DNA from: Macrostomum lignano
Taxonomy: Eukaryota
Direction of reading: 5' to 3'
Assembly (NCBI GenBank): GCA_002269645.1
Contig: NIVC01000173.1
Span: forward strand, 248,001 to 312,000
Length of the DNA stretch: 64,000 nt
Shown: in pieces, positions 1-10,824 of the stretch
How the letters are laid out: each line of letters begins with the position of its first letter
Numbering within the stretch: position 1 is the stretch's first letter
Program-made: the position numbers and the translations under genes
The notes under the pieces: generated by a model
Told to the model about the DNA's origin: nothing
The model's input: the letters and a program-made list of their open reading frames with translations, nothing else
The model's database searches: none

Positions 1-115
1 AGTTGTTAACTGGTTGCTAACTGGTTGTTAACTGGTTGCTAACTGGTTGCTAACTGTTTGCTAACTGGTTGCTAACTGGTTGCTAACTAGTTGTTAACTG
101 ATTGCTTTTGATTGT
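1..115. repeat. 11-bp tandem repeat (AACTGGTTGCT)n, truncated by window start
   Basis: Repeated aactggttgct/aactggttgtt units read directly. Confidence 0.85.
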
Positions 116-604
116 CAACTGATTGCTAAGCTCAACTCCGAAGCATCAGCCCAAATCAAATCAGACTTCCTCAGCCTCCTCTTCATCTTCACTTCCATGC
201 CCAACAACCGGTTCAGTTCAACCCTAGTGAGAACTGTGTTGGGTTGCATTTTTCTGTCACGGAAAAAAACCGACTCTGCATCACCTCAGCCGTTTCAGTA
301 AACGATGCTTTTGTTTACTGGAAGGATGGTAGTTACCTGTTATAGCTTACTCCTTGTTAGCGTTCACGCATAATCGAGTATTCAGCGTTAAACCTGTTAT
401 GAAAATCTTTTTAGTAGTTTTGTTTAAAATCTTCAAGCAATTCGAAGCAGTCGAAAATTTGAAAGTTACGAAAATTTGAATTATATAAAAGTAGCCACAA
501 GCGTAAATACGAGCGTATACACGTAGTTTAGCGGTAATAGAGCACTTGAAGCAGTGTAGAAAAAAATGTTTGAACTGCATACGATAAATGATCAGATTTC
601 TCAA

Positions 605-918
605 CGAAGAACGCGCGCGCACAGAAATAGACCACCGGGATTCCCCCACGAGGAACGCGCGTGCACAGAAATAAACTACAGGGATTCCCCCACGAGGAAC
701 CTGCGTGCACATAAATAGACTACATGGATTCCTCCACGAGGAACGCGCGTGCACAGAAATAGATTACAGGGATTCCCCCATGAGGAACGCGCGTGCACAG
801 AAATAGATTACAGGGATTCCCCCATATGGAACGCGCGTGCACAGAAATCAACTACAGGGATTTCCTCCATGAGGAATATTAGATTGTAGGGATTCCCCCA
901 CGAGGAACGCGCGTGCAT
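605..918. repeat. ~44-bp minisatellite, ~7 copies
   Basis: Unit gaggaacgcgcgtgcacagaaatagattacagggattcccccac, with variants. Confidence 0.9.
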
Positions 919-1717
919 AGCAGTTCGCGAGCAATCTTTCAAGAGAGTTCAGAAGCTCAGGATTTCAAGTTGATTTCAGTTAGTTAGGATCGACAAAATA
1001 ATGCGCAAATTATCAAACTTCCCAGTTTCGTCGGCGTTGCTGAAACGCGCAAATACGTTTTATCATTCCTTTTCACTCTCTGCACGGCCGCTTCGCCTCG
1101 TCGTTAAAGACTGACTGAGTTGCTCTCCCCAACTCCAAATATGGTTGAAATTTTGACCGTGGGATTCGTAGGTGCGCGGTGGCAACGGGCCTAAACACAG
1201 AATGCACCAAATAGCCATCGAGAATTGCGTCGAATTTTCGGTTCAATCAATTGTCTTTTTTCTTAGAAATAAAGGCAAAGGAAGGCCGAAAATGGGTATT
1301 TTTTGAAGGTCTGTCTGTCGCGCATCGCAGATGAAGGGCATAACCCGAAGTTCTATCCAACGAATATCTAAATTGGTTAGAAATATAGCATCGCATCCAT
1401 GGACAGTTGAGCGTGACGCGACACAGCCGGTCCAGTTTTTTTCTAAGATGGGATAAATGGGATAAATAGAAATTTAAGAGTTCGCAACGAAATATAGCTT
1501 TTTTTACCTACGTTTTTGTTTATAAGAGAGAGACTGGTCGCTATGCGGATGCAAGAACTTGCGGATAAGTTAAGAACTTATAGTACTTGAATATAATTAT
1601 CAATATAGCTTTCTCCACTAAACGCACAAGTAGTTTAGCTAAACTTGCAACTACGAGTATAGGCACATTGGAAACCCAATTTCATCCCCCCCCGGTTGCT
1701 AGCCAGTTTTTGGTGCT

Positions 1718-4060
1718 TAAAAGTGGCACTCCTGACCCATCAAAAAGTGGCACTCCTGACCCATCAAAAAGTGGGCACTCCTGACCTATCAAAAAGTGGC
1801 ACTCCTGACCCATCAAAAAGTGGCACTCCTGACCCGTCTAAAAGTGGCACTCGTGACCCATCAAAAAGTGGCACTCCTGACCTATCAAAAAGTGGCACTC
1901 CTGACCCATCAAAAAGTGGCACTCCTGACCCGTCTAAAAGTGGCACTCGTGACCCATCAAAAAGTGGCACTCCTGACCCATCAAAAAGTGGCACTCCTGA
2001 CCCATCAAAAAGTGGGCACTCCTGACCCATCAAAAAGTGGCACTCCTGACCCGTCTAAAAGTGGCACTCCTGACCCATCAAAAAGTGGCACTCCTGACCC
2101 ATCAAAAAGTGGCACTCCTGACCCATCAAAAAGTGGCACTCCTGACCCATCAAAAAGTGGCACTCCTGACCCATCAAAAAGTGGCACTCCTGACCCATCA
2201 AAAAGTGGCACTCCTGACCCATCAAAAAGTGGCACTCCTGACCCATCAAAAAGTGGCACTCCTGACCCATCAAAAAGTGGCACTCCTGACCCGTCTAAAA
2301 GTGGCACTCCTGACCCATCAAAAAGTGGCACTCCTGACCCATCAAAAAGTGGCACTCCTGACCCATCAAAAAGTGGCACTCCTGACCCATCAAAAAGTGG
2401 GCACTCCTGACCCATCAAAAAGTGGCACTCCTGACCCATCAAAAAGTGGGCACTCCTGACCCATCAAAAAGTGGGCACTCCTGACCCAACAAAAAATGGG
2501 CACTCCTGACCCATCAAAAAGTGGGCACTCCTGACCCATCAAAAAGTGGCACTCCTGACCCATCAAAAAGTGGCACTCCTGACCCATCAAAAAGTGGCAC
2601 TCCTGACCCATCAAAAAGTGGCACTCCTGACCCGTCTAAAAGTGGCACTCCTGACCCATCAAAAAGTGGGCACTCCTGACCTATCAGAAAGTGGCACTCC
2701 TGACCCATCAAAAAGTGGGCACTCCTGACCTATCAAAAAGTGGCACTCCTGACCCATCAAAAAGTGGCACTCCTGACCCGTCTAAAAGTGGCACTCCTGA
2801 CCCATCAAAAAGTGGCACTCCTGACCCATCAAAAAGTGGCACTCCTGACCCATCAAAAAGTGGGCACTCCTGACCCATCAAAAAGTGGCACTCCTGACCC
2901 GTCTAAAAGTGGCACTCCTGACCCATCAAAAAGTGGCACTCCTGACCCATCAAAAAGTGGCACTCCTGACCCATCAAAAAGTGGCACTCCTGACCCATCA
3001 AAAAGTGGCACTCCTGACCCATCAAAAAGTGGCACTCCTGACCCATCAAAAAGTGGCACTCCTGACCCATCAAAAAGTGGCACTCCTGACCCGTCTAAAA
3101 GTGGCACTCCTGACCCATCAAAAAGTGGCACTCCTGACCCATCAAAAAGTGGCACTCCTGACCCATCAAAAAGTGGGCACTCCTGACCCATCAAAAAGTG
3201 GCACTCCTGACCCATCAAAAAGTGGCACTCCTGACCCATCATAAAGTGGGCACTCCTGACCAATCAAAAAATGGGCACTCCTGACCCATCAAAAAGTGGC
3301 ACTCCTGACCCATCAAAAAGTGGCACTCCTGACCCATCAAAAAGTGGCACTCCTGACCCACCAAAAAGTGGCACTCCTGACCCATCAAAAAGTGGCACTC
3401 CTGACCCGTCTAAAAGTGGCACTCCTGACCCATCAAAAAGTGGGCACTCCTGACCTATCAAAAAGTGGCACTCCTGACCCATCAAAAAGTGGCACTCCTG
3501 ACCCGTCTAAAAGTGGCACTCCTGACCCGTCTAAAAGTGGCACTCGTGACCCATCAAAACGTGGCACTCCTGACCCATCATAAAGTGGGCACTCCTGACC
3601 CATCATAAAGTGGGCACTCCTGACCCATCATAAAGTGGGCACTCCTGACCCGTCTAAAAGTGGCACTTCTGACCCATCAAAAAGTGGCACTCCTGACCCG
3701 TCTAAAAGTGGCACTCCTGACCCATCAAAAAGTGGCACTCCTGACCCATCAAAAAGTGGCACTCCTGACCCATCAAAAAGTGGGCACTCCTGACCCATCA
3801 AAAAGTGGCACTCCTGACCCATCAAAAAGTGGCACTCCTGACCCATCAAAAAGTGGGCACTCCTGACCCATCAAAAAGTGGCACTCCTGACCCGTCTAAA
3901 AGTGGCACTCGTGACCCTTCAAAACGTGGCACTCCTGACCCGTCATAAAGTGGGCACTCCTGACCCGTCTAAAAGTGGGCACTCCTGACAAATCTAAAAG
4001 TGGGCACTCCTGTCAAATCTAAAAGTGGGCACTCCTGTCAAATCTAAAAGTGGCACTTCT
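1718..4060. repeat. 24/25-bp minisatellite (AAAAGTGGCACTCCTGACCCATCA)n, ~95 copies
   Basis: Near-identical units. 25-bp variants (gtgggcac) shift the frame repeatedly, which explains the many broken SGTPDPSK/VALLTHQK ORFs. Confidence 0.97.
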
Positions 4061-4646
4061 GACGTCTCGGTGCTGTCAAATCTGTAGCAAGCACACCGTC
4101 TTTCCATGTTGATTAAAAAGCAACCTAAAATAATGCACTTAGGATTTGACTCATCCCGGTTAGCTAAGCGCTCAATGCGCGCCATAAAATGCCAAAAAGT
4201 ATAGCATCCCCAATAATGCTTATATCTGTAAAAAGTTTGCCAACTAAAATTAAGCGTCGCTTGTACAGTGCCCCCCCTACGAGAACTCAACACCTCCAAC
4301 ACTTGAAGGTTTTTTCTCTGTGTCGCGTGCAGTCGCACCTTCTGGCACGATCGGAGATGAGAGAGGCTGCTATTCATTTCATTCGGGGAGGAATTACGAG
4401 CCGTATAAACGGTTATATTTTGTCGGCTTTCAATAGCCCAGACAACTACGCAAAAACTCGTGGAAGATTCGAAACTTTTCCCTCCCCCCCCCTCGTGTCT
4501 GTCCAGTCAGGCAGGCAAGGGCCGTTTTTGCCCGTTTTTTATCGGTTTCGCGCCCTTCAATCCTGGGGTTGTAAACTGGGCCGCCGCTGAAACCGCGTGC
4601 CCGAATTCTAAGGGTATTTTGTTTATAAGTAATGATGGAAAAAGAA

Positions 4647-5015
4647 GAAACCAACTCTCTCACCGACTGTCATGGAACCAACTCTCTCACCGACTGTCAT
4701 GGAACCAACTCTCTCATAGACTATCATGGAACCAACTCTCTCACCGACTGTCATGGAACCAACTCTCTCACCGACTGTCATGGAACCAACTCTCTCACCG
4801 ACTGTCATTGAACCAACTCTCTCACCGACTGTCATGGAACCAACTCTCTCACCGACTGTCATGGAACCAACTCTCTCACCGACTGTCATGGAACCAACTC
4901 TCTATACTCGACCCTCGTGGACCAACTTTCTCATAGACTCTCATGGAACCAACTCCCTCATAGATTCTCATGGAACCAACTCTCTACTCGACTCTCGTGG
5001 AACCAAAACTCCCTC
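4647..5015. repeat. 27-bp minisatellite (CATGGAACCAACTCTCTCACCGACTGT)n, ~13 copies
   Basis: Direct tandem units, degenerating at the 3' end. Confidence 0.93.
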
Positions 5016-6649
5016 ATAGAAATTTTCAAGCTCCTCGACAGGATACTGAAGTATTTTTAATTAATAACCAGTGCGACTTACTACCAAGAACGAAGGAACA
5101 ACAGCAATTTTTGGAACCCATATTAATCTAAATTAATCAATTTTACACGAGCACATTGGACTCGATAATTACTGGGGCATTGGCTGGTTTGTGCTGAATT
5201 TTTTAAAATCGGTCGCATACGTCCATTTTTCTGCCGGCCACGCACCTGCCCTCAAGATGTCCATTTATGGGACTAACACAGTATGCCCTGGCACTGTAGG
5301 CGGTTAACCCACTAACCCTTGAAATCAGACCAGCAATCCCTGTGGAGGAATTCATAGTCCCATGAAGAGCGCGATATCTTAAAATGCGTTTTAGGAAGAT
5401 GGCCGCTTGCTAAATTAATCCCCATGGAAGCTTAAAATATGCAGTTTAATTTACTGAACTACAACCAGTTTTACGAACAGGTAATACTCTAGAGCATATT
5501 AAAACAAAATAGTACTGCACACTCGTACTTAAAGTCTAAAAAGCGCTATACTAAAAAGATCCTTTTGAATTCTCTTATTTTGTCGTTTTATAAGGAAAAT
5601 AGAATTGAAATAAGAAACAGAAATAAAAACATTGGATGAATAAAGAAAAAAAAGCATGTAAGTAAAATAAGGATGCATCATGCATGTACGTAAAAAAAAT
5701 CAAGCCGAAGGTGTCATGTGTTAATATTTTTTTAAAACGAATCTTCATTCAGTGAGTCTACCAAATAATGACGTGTATTCTTTCAAAAATTTAAACTGTT
5801 TTTATGCCGAATTTCGTAAGTTTCATTCAATTACATTTGCGTGTACGTGTGAATGTAAATTTCATTTTATCCGGTTACATTTTCTTTTATTTTCTAACGT
5901 GTTGTCCCCATATTCTTACTAGTTGTTAAACATGTGGTACTGTTATCAAAACAACATTTAACCAATTTTCGTAGCTTAAGTGAGAGACTGTACGTCGACG
6001 GAATCCGCTACTGTAATCGGTTTGTTTATAACAAATGAGATGCAACCTCACAAAATTGATTTAGTTTTTTTTTCGATCAATTCTGATGCAGAAAGTGATC
6101 TAAGTTTTTATTTATTCTGCAGCAAATTATATTTTATCTTTCTTATGTTTTGAATACTCAGCTTTTCTCATAAAAAATAATAGCACTCGTCTAAAGGTAA
6201 TTCAAAAGCTTGCAATCTACAACAAGATATTCACGACAACACTACTCTTTTCATCAGCTTATTGTACGAGTAGTATCTTTAGCCTTTTGTGTATGCATGT
6301 ACGAGTGTTTTGGTTTTAATAGCTTTTGCTCTTCCCATTATTCAGCAAGCAATGTAAAACTCGAACAAACTAATAAAATTGCGTTTTTAATTTGACAACA
6401 TGACCCGTGTCTTGAATAAAAGTGTTTTCTATTTTGTTTTAATTCGAATTATACGCTATAAATTATTGATAGAAGTTAATTCTTGTTTAATCGGACTATT
6501 TTCCAATCTGAGTTAAACTACAATACAACAAATTACATGTAATTCAATCTATTTATTCATTCTGCTACATGTGCGACATGAGAAAATATCAGTAGACTAC
6601 ATTTACAGACTTATAAGCCTGGGACGGTTGTAAAATCTTGAGATTTCAT

Positions 6650-7170
6650 ATCGCCGAAAAAGTGGCTGCAGCCAGAGTCGGCCAACATGTGGTTGTCAAA
6701 GAGCGGAAAACCAATGCAAAGGTGCTGACAATGTCGCACCCTCACAATCTGCCTGTCGAGATTCTACCCAAAGATGCTGAAGACGCGGACCACCGCTCCA
6801 GAGGCGTCGTCACTTCAACTACATGTACGAATTATTTTTGCGATTAGCAACAGCGATCTCGTATCGGACCTGACAAGCGACGTCCTCGCTAGCCTGGATC
6901 ACACATTTCGATCTGCATGAGCTACAGTCGGAGGACCTGACAGACAACGCCAGATATCGCAGCTCCTCCAGACGGTCGTGAAGACAGCATTGCTGTACAA
7001 CACTGTCCAAGATCTGGGCACTCAGGCAGCTCGACGCGACACCAGCGGCTCTGCTCCACGCTGCGTTCGGCGCCTGCCGCAGCCCTAAATGCGTCACGCA
7101 AACGACGACTTCTTACATGTCCAAGCGTGCTCGATCAAAAGCCTTCAGTTTTGCTGAGTGAGCGACGCGA
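6650..7170 (+). mobile_element. Old, degenerate RTE-clade non-LTR fragment (C-terminal RT region)
   Basis: Broken frames give KVLTM..., ...LLQTVVKTALLYN..., RQLDA, ALLHAAFG, collinear with TEVLTV / LFQAVIETVLLYNAETW / GLLRAAF of the younger RTE copies in this window. Confidence 0.65.
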
Positions 7171-8065
7171 CTGCAGCTGACCGCTACTCAGACACAGACA
7201 GACTAATGGTTGATTAAAATTTCTTAATTCGATAACAATTTGAATTAAAGGCATAATCTACATGTGAATTCCATAGTTTTCCTTATTATTGGATGACTCT
7301 AGAATTTTCAGTGATCAAGCTGCAATAGTCCGATTGCCTGCACTGTAAATGGTTTTGCTGCTACTACTTAGGCAACAAGTGAAAATATCTTGGCAGCTAT
7401 GGGTAATAATAAAAATTTTTGTCGTTTTGTTATACTAGCTAGTATCCAAAGTTCTTTAAAATGCAAAAAACGTTTCGCGGTTATTTAAACTTCGTTCAAG
7501 CAGATATATTTGAACCATGAATTATGTGCTAGTGGGGCTGCCACATTTTGAGTTCCTTTTGGCCGTGTTGTTTTTTTCGTTAAGTGTTTTTCCAAGGACA
7601 AGTCTGTCACCAGATACACCTGATGGAGACTTTTGCTTTTATTCTATTCAGTCGGGTGGTCCAGACGCTGGTCACTATCTATACGAATGCTTCCGGTGTG
7701 TTTTGTTCTTTTTTAGGGCGGTCCTGCCCGCTGATGGACCCACCGCTGCTCCTTTCGATAGATTTTGATGGGACTTTTCTGCTAGCCTGTAAAACCTTCG
7801 CCCAGGCGCGTTTTCATCCCAACGTCCAACTTTAAAAACCTTGACCTACCGTTCTTATCTGATACCTCTGTAACAATCGGGCACCGCGCTACTTAAATAA
7901 TACGCCTTACCCGCACTCGACTATCGAGATTCTCCCCTCGTACTTCGTATTTCAAGTCATCATTTGCGTTCGCTGCATTACATACATGTAGTTTAATTCC
8001 TATTTTAGTAAATTGAAAAATAAGGCAGACTAAATAAGGACGCGTGATCCCTACTAGGCCAGCAC

Positions 8066-10565
8066 TGTGCTACTTTATCATACAAGAAGAATCAGCAGCA
8101 AACTTAGCAGGCAATTTCCGGCACCGTGGATTGCGGCCCACCGAATGACACCGATAGCTCCAGAAGTGCCAGCTCACGCCCACGGACATATGGAATCTCT
8201 GCCGCTGGACGGGACAGTGGACCGCTTCTGCTCCGTCACTTTCAAGGCGGCTCAGGGGGCCTGCCGTCGTACCCCATTCTGGAACAAAGGGTGTACCAAG
8301 GCCTCCAGAAAAATCCAAGAAGCTCGGTCAGCGGCCGATTCCCTGAAAACCCCGGCGGCCCTGACCGCTTTCAACCGCACCCGCCGTGACCCCGCCGCCA
8401 TCATCAGTCCGGCCCAGGGTACCAGACCAGCGTGTGTGTGCAACACAGACAAGGAAGAAGTCAACCTCTTCTGCCAGCTATATCTCCCGGGTATCTCCCG
8501 GGTATCTCCCGGGTCGACCTGTAATGGTTTTATTCCTTGCCTTATTGGCAGGAACTGTTATCATCCAGACTAATGACAAAAATGTTGCTAAATAATTGTA
8601 TCGCTTTTAATGTACATTCACTCTCTCTATGTACATCTATGTACATTACATTACTACTGACTATGTGCAGTCAGCGCTGCCTCACTGGGGCCTTTGTTGA
8701 TTTTTACACTGCCAAATGCCGCGCGTTGCAGACCGGAGCCCGGAGGACTCGGATCTCCGCGAAACCCTCAGCGAAGCCGCCGCTATAGCGAATCCGAACC
8801 GTCCCTCACCACGCAAGAGCTGCGCACCGCCATCCGAAACCTGAAGTCTGGAACAACGGCAGGACCAAGGAAATATTGAAGCGCCTCCGGCCCGAATGGA
8901 CCTTCCGCTTCCGTCACTGAATAACCTCGCCTGAAAGGAGGGCGCCATCCCGTCCAGCTGGCGTCTGGCCGTCATCATCCCAATCCCGAAGAAGGAGAAG
9001 GATCCGAAGGTGCCCAGCAGCTACTGCCCGGTGGCCCTTACCAGCAACGTTGCCAAGGCTCTGCTAGACTTCAGCCGGGCGTACGACAGAGTCTGGCGCT
9101 TGGCCCTGTACGCTAAGCTGCTGCGCCTGGGGGTTGGCCGCCGACTTGTCCGGTCCGCGACTTCCTCTGGCAGCGCCAGGCCAGAATCCGCTGAAACGCC
9201 GCCACCAGCTGGGAACGCTGCTTCCGTGAAAGACTCCCGCAGGGAAGTGTCATCGCCCCGAAGCTCTGGATCGAATGTCAATGTCAATGACCTCGCTGTC
9301 AGCTAACCTTCGCTCAGCATGCCGCAGACTTAAGACGTCGCATGGACGCGACTGGGATACCTTCGCCTCGCCCTTCGCCTCGCTTCGCCTCCTGGTTGAG
9401 CGTCAGCAGAACTGCTGTGCCAGGGCGATCACCGGTTGCATTCAGCCCACCAACATCCGGGAGCTCCTCGCCACTGCGGATCTGCCGCCGCTGGGCCACC
9501 TCTTCATGAAAATTAAGAGCGGCCACCCTTCACGAGAAGTCGCTCAGGCTCCTGCCGGACACTCCAGCCCAACTAATCGGCAAGCAGAACCTGTCAACCA
9601 CGCCTCAAATCTGGCTCCGTGAGCACCATGAGACTGAGGACGGCATCCCGGACAGCTGCCGACAGAAGCGCACGATTGACTTCATCAATAACCTTGACGC
9701 AAGAGACATCAATGTCTGGACTGACGGCAGCGCTACCGACGGCTGCCGCAACGGACGCGGGGCCACGTTAATCACGACTCGCCGCTGGGGACAGGTCCTC
9801 ACAGCGGCTGCGGGGGCCATCTGCAGTAGCACCACAGCTGGGCTGACGGCCATCGCCCTGGGCATCGGGCAGTGCAGCTCCCTCCTGCCCTGCCACGGCC
9901 AGTCAATCGACATCTTCACCGACAGCATGGCGGCGGTCCAGATCCTGTCGCGCTCAGCCGGCCAGACGGCCCCCACCGGCACGACGTGCTAGGACCTCCT
10001 GCGCAACAGCATGCAACCGGCTAGTGCGCATCATTTGGGACCCGGCCCACGTCGGGCCGCAACCCTTGACCTGACCACACCCCGGTCACTATCGACGCGG
10101 CCAAGGCCTGGATCCGCCGGGCCAGAAGCCGCCTGGACTTGACCTTCTGGAGACGGGATCAGCCCTGGCGCAGACCCACCCGGCTGCCCAGAGCTGACGC
10201 GGCCGGTCGCGGTCTGCCAGCTCCGTGCCGGCTGCAGCACCGCTTGCGCTGCCACGCGCTATCGCATCGGCCTGGCCATCTCGCCCCTAATGCCCGGACT
10301 GCGACAAGGAGGACACCGAAGCACTATCTCCTCCATTAATGCCCTCGCGGAGACCCAGTCCGTCGCGCACACCCCCTCAACCTTGACGATGCGAACTCCG
10401 CGGTCTGCCGGCCGTTTTCTCCGGAAGGTGGGGCGGCGCCCTCAGGGCCGCCCACTTCCTCAGCCACCTGAAGGCGGCGTCGCGGGAGCTGTGCATAGTA
10501 GAAAAAGGAAGGCAAAATCCATCTACCATCTGGATGAATGGATGAAATAATCATCCATCCATCAA
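8066..10565 (+). mobile_element. 5'-truncated, internally deleted non-LTR retrotransposon with RT + RNase H + C-terminal Cys motif (I-group/ingi-like)
   Basis: PFWNKGC linker; LTTQELRTAIRNLKSGTTAGP; IPSSWRLAVIIPIPKKEKDPKVPSSYCPVALTSNVAK; ALLDFSRAYDRVW; GLPQGSVIAP; RNase H VWTDGSA ... IFTDSMAA; CPDC-like motif near 10290. Many frameshifts. Confidence 0.85.
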
Positions 10566-10693
10566 TCCCCCTTGACTTAGGACCCTGCAGCCGGAGTATT
10601 AATACGCGATTACAAAAACTGGTTTACACGAGTGGATGAAATTCAAATGCGTAGGAACTCGAACCAGCTCCTGCATATGCCATTATATCTGCA

Positions 10694-10824
10694 GAGCCAT
10701 TTTATTTGCACACCCGTGCAAATAGTGCTGACACTTCCTGGCATCGCTGCCAGATCACCAGGCCGCGGATGACCTCGGTTGGCTCGGACGGCCGCGCTTC
10801 GGCTGCGGCAGCAAAGTTCAGCAC
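10694..10824 (+). ncRNA. Candidate HDV-like self-cleaving ribozyme at the RTE 5' end (atypical long L3)
   Basis: P1 GAGCCA 10694-99 / TGGCTC 10780-85; J1/2 hairpin TATTTGCAC/GTGCAAATA; P2 GTGCTGA 10725-31 / TCAGCAC 10818-24; P3 ACT/GGT; L3 begins TCC; GG 10786-87 (P1.1); P4 GCCGC..TTCG..GCGGC; C10812 followed by AAA. Confidence 0.55.

Noticed and set aside
128-265. Short - strand frame (RKMQPNTVLTRVELNRLLGMEVKMKRRLRKSDLIW...) after a pyrimidine-rich AG
   Set aside because: Could be a terminal exon, but it is only ~46 codons with no recognisable homology and no partner exon identified.
1100-1560. Possible Kolobok-like DNA-transposon end (TTAAAG..., gaaattttgacc)
   Set aside because: No matching opposite terminus or TSD could be found.
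1696-3866. Many ORFs encoding (SGTPDPSK)n / (VALLTHQK)n repeat proteins
   Set aside because: Translations of a 24-bp minisatellite that is repeatedly frameshifted by 25-bp units; no splice or start context.
10565-10605. Twister-ribozyme-like string on the - strand (TAATACT...GGTCCTAAGTC)
   Set aside because: The P4 stem flanking the loop cannot pair, and no P1/P2 partners were found.
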